This document shows, in pieces, positions 35,282-43,148 of a DNA stretch of 49,174 nt. The position numbers and the translations under genes are program-made. The stretch is from a virus (taxonomy: Duplodnaviria; Caudoviricetes). The stretch's first letter is position 1. Each line of letters starts with the position of its first letter. The stretch lies in IMG/VR virus record IMGVR_UViG_3300016665_000612, positions 1 to 49,174 of that record, one strand, 5' to 3'. A model generated the notes under the pieces. That model did not search any database, was not told where the DNA came from, and was given only the letters and a program-made list of their open reading frames with translations.

Positions 35282-35572
35282 ATGATCGCAGTTAAGTCGT
35301 TTGGTTTTGGCATCTATGCATACACCCTCTATCCTTTTGTGGAACTTGTCAAACAGTCCATGGGTAAAAACTGGCGAGGAATTGGCCCTCTTTTCTATCT
35401 CCTCTTTGCATGTGCAATGAACATTGCGCTTATGTTAAGCGGTGCCCTGACAGGATACGTTCTTGGAGAGAGCAAAATGGCTTATTGGGCGCTTGTTCCA
35501 GCGGTTGTGATTTCGCTCGCTTCTTCTCTGTTTGACTTCAAGATTGAAGTTGACACACCGGAAGAAGTCTGA
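35282..35572 (+). CDS. small membrane protein
   Basis: 2-3 hydrophobic segments; AGGA RBS. Confidence 0.65.
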   Translation: MIAVKSFGFGIYAYTLYPFVELVKQSMGKNWRGIGPLFYLLFACAMNIALMLSGALTGYVLGESKMAYWALVPAVVISLASSLFDFKIEVDTPEEV

Positions 35573-35612
35573 TAGTGTAAAGAAGTTGGTGAGACAACAA
35601 ACATCAACAAAT

Positions 35613-35685
35613 GGGCTTCTAGCTTAACGGTCAAAGCTCTCGCCTTTTAAGCGACAAGATCAGGGTTCGAATCCCTGGGGGCCTA
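35613..35685 (+). tRNA. tRNA-Lys(TTT)
   Basis: TCGC-CTTTTAA-GCGA; canonical T-arm. Confidence 0.85.
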
Positions 35686-35767
35686 CTAAAGACAGCCGGA
35701 TAGACGGCACATGGGTTCATAGCTCAACTGGCAGAGCATCATATTGATCTATCAACTACATATATAC

Positions 35768-36118
35768 ATGCAAAAATGTATTGAATGTGGCAAAGAATAT
35801 CAGTATGATAGAAAAAAGGGTCATCGTAAAAACTGGTGTAACAGTTGCATGGTCAACAAACGAAGAATGACCATAGACAAAAAGTGTTTGGAATACAAAG
35901 GTGGTAAATGTGAGTTGTGTGGGTATAGCAAATGCAAAAGGTCTTTGCAGTTTCATCACATAAAACCAGAAACAAAAACATTCCAAATATCTGGAAATTG
36001 GGGATTGAGTTGGGAAAAACTCAAAACAGAACTTGACAAATGCATACTAGTGTGTGCTAATTGTCACGGAGAAATACACGAGGGCTTGTGGCAGACTGGC
36101 AATGCAGCGGACTTTTAA
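35768..36118 (+). CDS. HNH endonuclease
   Basis: CELCGY...LQFHH..P..K...ELDKC.LVCANCHGEIH; stop TAA lies in the inner tRNA anticodon loop. Confidence 0.85.
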   Translation: MQKCIECGKEYQYDRKKGHRKNWCNSCMVNKRRMTIDKKCLEYKGGKCELCGYSKCKRSLQFHHIKPETKTFQISGNWGLSWEKLKTELDKCILVCANCHGEIHEGLWQTGNAADF

Positions 36119-36153
36119 TCCGAAAGATGATGGTTCAATTCCCTCCGAGCCCA
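36082..36153 (+). tRNA. tRNA-Lys(TTT), nested replacement copy
   Basis: GGGCTTG/CGAGCCC-A; CGGA-CTTTTAA-TCCG. Confidence 0.8.
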
Positions 36154-36280
36154 TTTTAAGCGGAAGCGTGGGGGATCGTTGCCCTCTGGACCTACCATTC
36201 AATCTTATATCAACAGAGGTGAGATAGTTGTGTACACACAACATGTAGGAAGTTGGATCGACTTTCTATAAACCTCCTAC

Positions 36281-36355
36281 GGTGCTGTAGCCCAACTGGT
36301 AGCAGGCAATGGTCTAAGAAGCCATTCAGTGCGAGTTCGAATCTCGCCAGCACCA
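36281..36355 (+). tRNA. tRNA-Leu(AAG), short variable loop
   Basis: ATGGT-CTAAGAA-GCCAT; A34; 5-nt variable loop. Confidence 0.8.
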
Positions 36356-36394
36356 CTTTTATGCCAGCGTGGCGAAATGGTAGACGCCGGAGAC

Positions 36395-36871
36395 TTACTT
36401 TTTCTTCTTGTTTCTACCACAATAAGTTGATGTTTGAGAATGACAATTAGGGCATAACAAACGCAGGTTACTTAAACTATTGTCGGTATTTTGACCATTG
36501 ATATGATCAAGATGCAATACAATTGGACCCCCTTGCCATGAAGAAAGTCCGCAAATAAAACAAGTATATGCAAAAATGCCTTCATCTATTAAACGTTTTT
36601 TAAGTCTATTAGATGATGTATAGCTTGCATCACCAGATAATATATCCGAAAGTTTAATATTACGATTCCAGTTATGTTTTTTGCCTTTAAGATGTCCTTG
36701 TCCCGTCCAATGTGTTGTGCTTATGGATAAGTTTTCTATGGCTTTTTTAATTGTTTTGTAATTTCCTCCTGCTGGTTTTAAACCAAGAACATTCAAAACG
36801 CCAGCAAGTGAATAACAACAAGAAACAGCAGAAATTAATTGTTTTGTTGTCCAGGTTTGTTTTTTAGGCAT
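36395..36871 (-). CDS. HNH endonuclease
   Basis: CFICG...LHLDHINGQNTDNSLSNLRLLCPNCHSQT; N-terminal HTH-like region. Confidence 0.9.
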   Translation of the reverse strand: MPKKQTWTTKQLISAVSCCYSLAGVLNVLGLKPAGGNYKTIKKAIENLSISTTHWTGQGHLKGKKHNWNRNIKLSDILSGDASYTSSNRLKKRLIDEGIFAYTCFICGLSSWQGGPIVLHLDHINGQNTDNSLSNLRLLCPNCHSQTSTYCGRNKKKK

Positions 36872-37000
36872 ACTTTATAGCAGAGTGTCATTTTTGACAT
36901 TACAAGTAAGTATGCCGTAAACGGTCACATAGCCCAATCGGCAGTAGGCAGGGAACTTAAAATTCCTAAAGTATGGGTTCGAATCCCATTGTGACTACAA
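36398..37000. mobile_element. HNH + replacement tRNA-Leu(TAA) cassette
   Basis: ~603-bp insert inside the anticodon, carrying an antisense HNH and an intact tRNA-Leu(TAA). Confidence 0.8.
36923..36997 (+). tRNA. tRNA-Leu(TAA), nested replacement copy, short variable loop
   Basis: GGTCACA/TGTGACT-A; GGGAA-CTTAAAA-TTCCT. Confidence 0.85.
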
Positions 37001-37087
37001 AAATCTCTTGACCCTTAGTGGTCGTATGGGTTCGACTCCCTTCGCTGGTACTGCTATAACAAAAAACCTTAACACAAATTAAGGAAA

Positions 37088-37417
37088 ATGATCTACGGTC
37101 TAAAAAACACATACGGTGAATCTTGGACGTTTTGTGACCCATCTAAAAGGTTTGCACCTTCCTATGGGCCTGTAAAGGAAAAGGCAATCTTTTCTATTTG
37201 CCTTGAGGAATACTTGCAGGAAGGCGATGGAAATTGCCCCTTCCCAGGCCCAGAGCACCCTTGGGAGTTTTACAAGGCAGAGACACAACAGGATCTCGAA
37301 GAGGGACGTGGTGAGCTAATCGCCAGCCTTCACAACGGTACGCCAGAAGCTCTCTGGGAGCTTTATCATTGGTGCCGCGGCGGCTGCGTAAAAGTGGGCG
37401 TTAGTCTGAGTTACTGA
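37088..37417 (+). CDS. hypothetical protein
   Basis: AAGGA RBS; 109 aa. Confidence 0.65.
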   Translation: MIYGLKNTYGESWTFCDPSKRFAPSYGPVKEKAIFSICLEEYLQEGDGNCPFPGPEHPWEFYKAETQQDLEEGRGELIASLHNGTPEALWELYHWCRGGCVKVGVSLSY

Positions 37418-37467
37418 AGAATGCGATTTTTCTTGCTGTTTTCTCAAACTCTTGATAAGATCAATCC

Positions 37468-38157
37468 ATGTCAAAGAATCATCGCAGTTTTACCACCGCA
37501 CTATCGCGTATCATTGTCAATCATATCAAGTATCACAGTTCTTCATTGATTCCCGAGATCCGTTTTGAGCAGGATGAATTGCTTGTGATCGCTACTGTTG
37601 TTGAGCGAACAACCGTAGCTCATGACGTTGGTGGAGTGAACAGTGCGACTTACAACTCGTTGTCGAAAACAATCCGAATTGAGTTGTCGGTTCCTCTAAA
37701 CATTAACTCTACTTGGTGGATGCCTTTCATTGCCAAGCTGAAAAAAGTAATTCGCCACGAATATGAGCACTATGTTCAACATAAACGCTCTGGTGACTTG
37801 TCCAGCGACGCACTAAAGCCACTATTGATTGTTAATGACAATTACAATGGCAAACCAACCAATAAGCCTTGGCTGAAGATCAGCGATGCTCTTAGATACT
37901 TGCTCAATCCTATTGAAGTTGAAGCTCACGTTATGGGAATCGCAGCAGTAGCAAAGTATCGCAAAATCAAGTTCAATGTTGTATTGAAGGAAGTTTTGAA
38001 AGACATTGAAGAGGAGCTATCTTATGACTTCAAAGATAGCCATATTCGATTCCTACTTCGTCGCGTTTACGAAACCTGGGGGTTCTATGCTCTCGCCCGG
38101 TTTCCTTCGTTGCGTGTCAAACGTCAACGGCGACTGATTGGATTCAATCGTCACTGA
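37468..38157 (+). CDS. putative zincin-like metallopeptidase (paralog of 30817..31584)
   Basis: VIRHEYEH..Q and YL.NPIEVEAHVM. Confidence 0.6.
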   Translation: MSKNHRSFTTALSRIIVNHIKYHSSSLIPEIRFEQDELLVIATVVERTTVAHDVGGVNSATYNSLSKTIRIELSVPLNINSTWWMPFIAKLKKVIRHEYEHYVQHKRSGDLSSDALKPLLIVNDNYNGKPTNKPWLKISDALRYLLNPIEVEAHVMGIAAVAKYRKIKFNVVLKEVLKDIEEELSYDFKDSHIRFLLRRVYETWGFYALARFPSLRVKRQRRLIGFNRH

Positions 38158-38226
38158 GAGCATAAACAGATTGCGTCAAGAAATCATTACCCTCTTGACG
38201 CAACCTCTGAATCTTGTTATATTAAT

Positions 38227-38302
38227 TGCGGGGTGGAGAAGGAGTAACTCGCTTGGCTCATAACCAAGAGATCGGTGTGTGCAAATCCACCCCCCGCTAC
38301 CA
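38227..38302 (+). tRNA. tRNA-Met(CAT), initiator-like
   Basis: 1:72 mismatch, GCGGGG acceptor, CTTGG-CTCATAA-CCAAG, CCA end. Confidence 0.7.
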
Positions 38303-38315
38303 AGTTTTTGTCAAA

Positions 38316-38397
38316 CCCTTTATGGACGTAATTGGAAACGTCATCCCCGTTTTTTCGAATGGGGAGAATTTGGGTTCGAATCCCTTTAGAGGGGTTG
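38316..38397 (+). tRNA. atypical tRNA with an extended anticodon arm
   Basis: D-arm GACG/CGTC, TCCCC-GTTTTTTCGAAT-GGGGA, T-loop TTCGAAT. Confidence 0.4.
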
Positions 38398-38480
38398 ATG
38401 AAAACTTGCATGGCTGGCCCAACTTGCTGCGCAGCAAGGTAAGCTAAGGCCCTTGCATACGGCGAGATAGTATGCTAAAT

Positions 38481-38567
38481 GGAAGATCGGTGCAGTTGGA
38501 GAGGCACACTGGCCTGGAAAGTCAGCCTCGGGAAACCGAGGAGAGAGTTCGAATCTCTCATCTTCCG
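38481..38567 (+). tRNA. tRNA-Ser(GGA)
   Basis: CTGGC-CTGGAAA-GTCAG; long variable arm; G73. Confidence 0.85.
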
Positions 38568-38572
38568 CAAAC

Positions 38573-38965
38573 ATGAACAAAAACAATTTTCAATACATGA
38601 AATTCCCTATTGCAAAACACAAAAGGGTTTCTGCGATTTCTGTTCAAAGATACAACCACGAAAACATTCGTTTTCGTTTCAATGGAAAGCCATGGATTTT
38701 TGACCCGATCATGGGTCGGGGATATCCTGTCAAGAAAAGGTATGGATTCGTTTTTGATTCTTTTGTTGCTACTACATGCACCATTACAAACCTGTTTTGG
38801 GGCATCAATTATGGGATAACTGGATATTTTCATAGAGGAACCTATCAGCCCAAAAAAGATAAGATTCTTGTGGATCATCGCTTTGTTGGGAAACTTATCA
38901 AGCGACTTCGTAAACGAGGGCTGTGTGTAAAGGTTCTCGATTCTGACACTTACGTTGTGACGTGA
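38573..38965 (+). CDS. hypothetical basic protein
   Basis: 130 aa ORF. Confidence 0.55.
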   Translation: MNKNNFQYMKFPIAKHKRVSAISVQRYNHENIRFRFNGKPWIFDPIMGRGYPVKKRYGFVFDSFVATTCTITNLFWGINYGITGYFHRGTYQPKKDKILVDHRFVGKLIKRLRKRGLCVKVLDSDTYVVT

Positions 38966-39008
38966 AAACGCTTTACAAACTCGATCTACTCTGCTAGAGT
39001 GGATTCAT

Positions 39009-39094
39009 GGGTAAGTAACTCAACGGTAGAGTAAGAGCCGCACCCCAAAACAGGGTTAGAGTTCTTGATGCTGGTTCAATTCCAGCCTTACCCA
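39009..39094 (+). tRNA. tRNA-like RNA with a 22-nt structured anticodon loop
   Basis: Perfect acceptor, D and T arms; AGAGC-[CGC ACCC CAAAACA GGGT TAGA]-GTTCT. Confidence 0.6.
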
Positions 39095-39192
39095 CCCGCG
39101 CTCTCTAATCAAGGGATAGTTGGAGAAGGTAACTCCAATGATGAACCAAGGTGATTCTTGGAAAAGAAACCCAAGGATGAGTGATGTCCCAG

Positions 39193-39387
39193 TAAGCAAC
39201 GGCTGTAAATCATTGTTGAGGGAAAATTAAGTTGCTGTTGATCTTAACAATGTAAGTTGCAAACATTAGATATTTGTTTAATGGAATCGGAGACTAATAT
39301 ATATTAAATTTGCCTTGGTTCTGAAAAGAACACCTCCTGATGCGTTGAGCAAGTTCTATGGTCCTGAGCAAGACTAGAAACTGCTTA
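39193..39387 (+). ncRNA. structured ncRNA, copy 2 of the motif at 18959..19187
   Basis: AATGGAATCG...CTGATGCGTTG...GGTCCTGAGCAAGACTAGAAACTGCT. Confidence 0.55.
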
Positions 39388-39404
39388 TTTTGCTAAATTT
39401 TCTG

Positions 39405-39690
39405 CATGGTTGCTGGTAATCCAAAACCAGAGATATGGTGTTTGTAGGTCGCAAGGAAGACCAGCCCTAGATATGGGGTGCCATTTGGCCACGGCTAGCT
39501 TGGAGCATTACCAAGAAACACCACCAACAACACTGGCTGTTAACAGCCTAGTATCGCACGGGGAAGCGTCCAACAAGTTACTTGTTGGGCAACTTGATAG
39601 TCAGTCGTTAAGAGGGCTATCAGGGCATCTTGGGGAGAGTTACCCCAAGGGGTAACAAGTTTCAAGTTAAAACCAACACACGCCGTGGAA
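39405..39690 (+). ncRNA. putative structured ncRNA
   Basis: Series of hairpins (GGCTGT/ACAGCC, CCAACAAG/CTTGTTGG, TGATAGTC/GGCTATCA, CTTGGGG/CCCCAAG); no credible ORF. Confidence 0.4.
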
Positions 39691-39772
39691 CTCTTGTTAG
39701 TGTTGTGAAAAAAGTGCTATGAAACTATACGTTATTATCAGAAATAACATATACAAGGCAACCTGAGCAAAC

Positions 39773-40054
39773 ATGACAAAAACTTCTATAACCATTTCAT
39801 CCCAGCACTGTGAACGTGCATGTGTTATGGCAATCAAAAGACACACTTCTCTTCTTGAGAAAGCATGGGATGCGGCAATTGAACAAGAAATGACAAAAAA
39901 GCCATGGCTTTGGTTTTTTGATAAACCTTCAAAAACAAAAGAAGAAGCCAAAAAGGTTATTTTGGAAAATAACCCTTACTTTGGTTTTTTTATACAAGGT
40001 CAATGGCACACATCCATGAGATTTTGGAAATGTGTTCCCATTCAGATGAAATAA
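39773..40054 (+). CDS. hypothetical protein (possible frameshift near the 3' end)
   Basis: 93 aa ORF; an alternative frame continues to 40098. Confidence 0.5.
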   Translation: MTKTSITISSQHCERACVMAIKRHTSLLEKAWDAAIEQEMTKKPWLWFFDKPSKTKEEAKKVILENNPYFGFFIQGQWHTSMRFWKCVPIQMK

Positions 40055-40117
40055 CCATTTCCAAAAAAGATTTCAAACTGATCAAAAACTTCCTATAATA
40101 ACGCTGTTTATCTTCAA

Positions 40118-40189
40118 GGCCCTATCATCTAGTGGTTAGGATAAGAGGCTTTCAATCTCTTTACCAGGGTTCGAGTCCCTGTAGGGTCG
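40118..40189 (+). tRNA. tRNA-Glu(TTC)
   Basis: AGAGG-CTTTCAA-TCTCT. Confidence 0.9.
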
Positions 40190-40234
40190 CAAAATTATAT
40201 TGACTGCAAACTAACAGTCAGGTATATTACATCC

Positions 40235-41053
40235 ATGTCGCTAGAAGTAATCCGAGCAGAAATCGACTACATCCGTTCCATTGCCATCAACCCGGAGAAA
40301 CCAGATCTTTTTGATTTTTTTGGTTTGAAGTTGAAAATGCTTGAGGAGCGTCAAGCACTGTTCAGTGGTGTTTCTGGAAAGAATAACTTTCAAACCAGTG
40401 CAACCAAGCAATATCTTCTTGCTTGCGTGTTTCGTCATCCCGGTCTATCACGGCAAGAGTTGAAGGAGTTAGCAGGTATTCCTGGTTCTCCGCGTCGTAG
40501 TGAAACCGATGTGTTTCGGGACTACCTCCATGCACTTCGTGGCGACATCTACATTGATGAGCACGGAAAGTGTTGGCCCCGAAACGGTTTGGAACTGCCT
40601 GTTGCTCGCATTGGGACGGTGGTTCTGGACGGCCGGGTTACGGAGACGATGAAGAAGGCGTTGGTGTTTCTCCGAGACAATCCTGGGGCCACTGAGGCTG
40701 TTTTGCACAAGGCGTTGCGCATCAAAGATGCTGCTGCCCGCAGACGACTTCGTGTTTCTCTGCGAGACAAAGTTGATATTGGCCAAAACGGCCAGATGTT
40801 TGTAAAGGGGTATATTCCGCCAAGCATTTCTGTTACAATGCCTGCGAAAACGTTTGTCAGCATTGAAGATCAGACGCTTGCTGCGATCATGGATCATATG
40901 GAGTTCAAAGTTCTTTATGATTGGTCGGAGCTTGTTGGTGTCTATCGAGAGCTTGGATTCTCTTCCAAGGATGGCTACGAACACCTTTCTCGCATGGTTT
41001 CAAAGGGTTTGATTGGAACAAAACAACGAAAGTTTTACCGAGTTCATTCATGA
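40235..41053 (+). CDS. hypothetical protein, possible repeated winged-HTH domains
   Basis: HPGLSRQELKE and NPGATEAVLHKAL helical repeats; leaderless promoter. Confidence 0.6.
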   Translation: MSLEVIRAEIDYIRSIAINPEKPDLFDFFGLKLKMLEERQALFSGVSGKNNFQTSATKQYLLACVFRHPGLSRQELKELAGIPGSPRRSETDVFRDYLHALRGDIYIDEHGKCWPRNGLELPVARIGTVVLDGRVTETMKKALVFLRDNPGATEAVLHKALRIKDAAARRRLRVSLRDKVDIGQNGQMFVKGYIPPSISVTMPAKTFVSIEDQTLAAIMDHMEFKVLYDWSELVGVYRELGFSSKDGYEHLSRMVSKGLIGTKQRKFYRVHS

Positions 41054-41541
41054 ATATTTTTGCTCTTGACATAGATCCCGAACAAGCTGCAAAGTGGCAT
41101 TGCGATGCTCATGTGATCGTAATGCCCAAAGAAGCTGCACAGATGCTTTCCACGATTCATAGAATCGCTGGGCATCATGGCAGTTTTTACCAAGCAACTC
41201 ACCGCAACCATCCTTGCACCCTGTGGGCAAGGTCTAGCAGGGAAAACTATCTTTGGCTTTGGCGACTTGGATACTTTCTTTGTCAAGAATATACTTTGCG
41301 TTATGGCAAAGAACACAGATCACAGGCTGTACTTTCTCAGGTAAGGAACATCCCGGATATTGTTCCAAGTGGCAGACTGACAAAGTTTCCACTTGTCATG
41401 CCTGATGCCTACAAAGATTCAAATCCCATTCATGCTTACCGGAAGTTCTACCGGGGCGAAAAACGCAATGGCCGTCTAGGCACTTGGAAGCTCAACAAGC
41501 CCTATTGGTGGGATACGACACTCACTCAGTTCTGGCTTTGA
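41050..41541 (+). CDS. pyrimidine-dimer DNA glycosylase family (DenV-like) protein
   Basis: MNIFALD.DP..AA..HCD.HV..M..E.AQML, TH.NHPC..W, EY..RYGK.H, AYR.FY. Confidence 0.8.
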   Translation: MNIFALDIDPEQAAKWHCDAHVIVMPKEAAQMLSTIHRIAGHHGSFYQATHRNHPCTLWARSSRENYLWLWRLGYFLCQEYTLRYGKEHRSQAVLSQVRNIPDIVPSGRLTKFPLVMPDAYKDSNPIHAYRKFYRGEKRNGRLGTWKLNKPYWWDTTLTQFWL

Positions 41542-42008
41542 CCACGAGGCTTGTACTCAACCTGATAAGGGTTCCAGATGACAATTTCAGTCAGCGTTCC
41601 ATTGAAATACTGAAAAATTGCATCATGGCCTTTAGCTAGGGCAAGCTTTTTAAGCTGGGTGCCAACATAGCCGTACTTCTCTTCTTCTTTTTCAACAATC
41701 CTTATGGCTTTTTCCTCTTGAACCCCAAGAGCGACTAAAGCTTTTATTACTGGATGTTGTTTGTCGCCACTTTCAATCTTCAAAGGATTGCGCACACGAA
41801 GTCTTGTTTGAACAAGAATGCCACCTGATTCTTTGGCATATCTTTCTGCAACATTTTTAATTGGTGTGAAGTAGGCTCCCGCACCCAATGCTCCACGACC
41901 ATTCACTTTGATAGGCTTAATTCCGTCCCAAGAACCACCATGGTAAACTGGAGAGATGTTGAAGTCCTGATCGCTTTCCAGTAAAAGGCTGTAAAGACTA
42001 AATTTCAT
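41526..42008 (-). CDS. ADP-ribosyltransferase-like (ART-PolyVal-type) protein
   Basis: VYHG...G.GAYFT....AERYA...NPL...GHDAI...EIVIWNP.QV; TACTTA upstream. Confidence 0.6.
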   Translation of the reverse strand: MKFSLYSLLLESDQDFNISPVYHGGSWDGIKPIKVNGRGALGAGAYFTPIKNVAERYAKESGGILVQTRLRVRNPLKIESGDKQHPVIKALVALGVQEEKAIRIVEKEEEKYGYVGTQLKKLALAKGHDAIFQYFNGTLTEIVIWNPYQVEYKPRGQSQN

Positions 42009-42118
42009 GTAAGTAAGTATAATTTTCAATAGTTCTTTGTAAACTTTTTGTCCGAAATGTATTTACTTCTACAAACCCCCATGCTAGTATTAGCAAAGCA
42101 ACCAAACAGGAGAATTTT

Positions 42119-42601
42119 CTGAAAACACGAAAGAATGAGCAAATCAGAGCCTATCAAGTAAGTCTAATTTCCGCAGAAGGAAAGCTGCTTGGAAATTTTT
42201 CACGCAGAGATGCGTTGGAAATGGCTCGGGATGAAGGACTAGATCTGGTTGAGGTAAACCCCAATTCCAACCCGCCAGTTTGCAAGCTAGCCGACTATGG
42301 TAGAATGATGTATAATCTGAACAAGAACAAGAAGCCTGTTCAGAAGTCGGAACTGAAAACAATTCAATTGCGCCCTGGAATCGGGGAAAATGATCTTGAT
42401 GTCAAAATCAGGAAAATTGAAGAGTTTTTGACGGACAAACACAAAGTGTGTTTGACGATGAAGTTTCGTGGTCGAGAGATTGCTCACCAAGATTTGGGTC
42501 TGAAAGTTCTTGAGCAAGTTGTCGCTGCTCTTGGAAACAAGTACAAAAATGTGAGCAAACCAAGTCTGAGCAACAAAGTCATCACCATGATGATCGAGTG
42601 A
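42119..42601 (+). CDS. infC: translation initiation factor IF-3
   Basis: NEQIRA..V.LI..EG..LG, GLDLVEV...PPVCKLADYG, K.IQLRP.I...D...K, MKFRGRE; AGGAG RBS then CTG start. Confidence 0.9.
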   Translation: MKTRKNEQIRAYQVSLISAEGKLLGNFSRRDALEMARDEGLDLVEVNPNSNPPVCKLADYGRMMYNLNKNKKPVQKSELKTIQLRPGIGENDLDVKIRKIEEFLTDKHKVCLTMKFRGREIAHQDLGLKVLEQVVAALGNKYKNVSKPSLSNKVITMMIE

Positions 42602-42645
42602 AATACGCTGTGGACATTGGTTCTAATTGCTGATATAACAGAACC

Positions 42646-42897
42646 ATGAGCACACAGAATTCTTGGGAGTTCGACACTGATCCTAACGAAGTCATCCCTG
42701 TTGGTTTCATCTACGATGAAAATGTCAGGGTTGTTGGCTTCTGTAGTCCGAGGGGTCCAGGCATTCGCAAGATGGCAGTAAAGATTGCATACCCCAACTG
42801 TGTTGGGGATTATAGCACTACAATCAGTTATATGACTGTGCTGCGAAAGTACATCCTCTCACTATCTCACATGGAGTTCGTGAACAAGTTTGGTTGA
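42646..42897 (+). CDS. hypothetical protein (leaderless)
   Basis: TGGACA-17 nt-TATAAC then ATG; flanked by 34-bp repeats. Confidence 0.6.
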   Translation: MSTQNSWEFDTDPNEVIPVGFIYDENVRVVGFCSPRGPGIRKMAVKIAYPNCVGDYSTTISYMTVLRKYILSLSHMEFVNKFG

Positions 42898-42982
42898 AAA
42901 CTTTAGCAACTCAGTCATCACCATGATGACTGAGTGAAGTTTTCACTTCCCAAAACCAACGAGATATGCTATCTTCTTTCAC

Positions 42983-43147
42983 ATGGAAGATGAAGCATCT
43001 CGTTGGTGGCTGGTTAATGTTTATGATGCGAAAAGCAGAACCTATACCGAACTAAACAGGTTTGGTATCTTGGATGACATCATTGAAGATTTAGAGTCTG
43101 AAGGGCTTTGGCAGTTCGTTTCAGCAGAAGAAGAGGAGAATCAATAG
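42983..43147 (+). CDS. small acidic hypothetical protein (54 aa, below the ORF-track cutoff)
   Basis: MEDEASRWWLVNVYD...; stop 1 nt before the next ATG. Confidence 0.5.
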   Translation: MEDEASRWWLVNVYDAKSRTYTELNRFGILDDIIEDLESEGLWQFVSAEEEENQ

Positions 43148-43148
43148 C

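Larger units (their letters stand above)
35741..36153 (+). mobile_element. HNH + replacement tRNA-Lys(TTT) cassette
   Basis: Insert in the anticodon arm of tRNA-Lys containing an HNH ORF and an intact tRNA with the same anticodon. Confidence 0.75.
35713..36197 (+). pseudogene. split tRNA-Lys(TTT): 5' part 35713..35740, 3' part 36154..36197
   Basis: GGGTTCA pairs with TGGACCT-A-CCA across a 413-bp insert. Confidence 0.8.
36363..37050 (+). pseudogene. split tRNA-Leu(TAA): 5' part 36363..36397, 3' part ~37001..37050
   Basis: GCCAGCG/CGCTGGT-A; GGAGA-CTTA|AAA-TCTCT rejoins into a 7-nt loop; long variable arm. Confidence 0.85.

Noticed and set aside
36363-37050. Group I intron in tRNA-Leu(UAA)
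   Set aside because: The insert is filled by an antisense ORF and a full tRNA; no P/Q/R/S core or terminal G context is visible.
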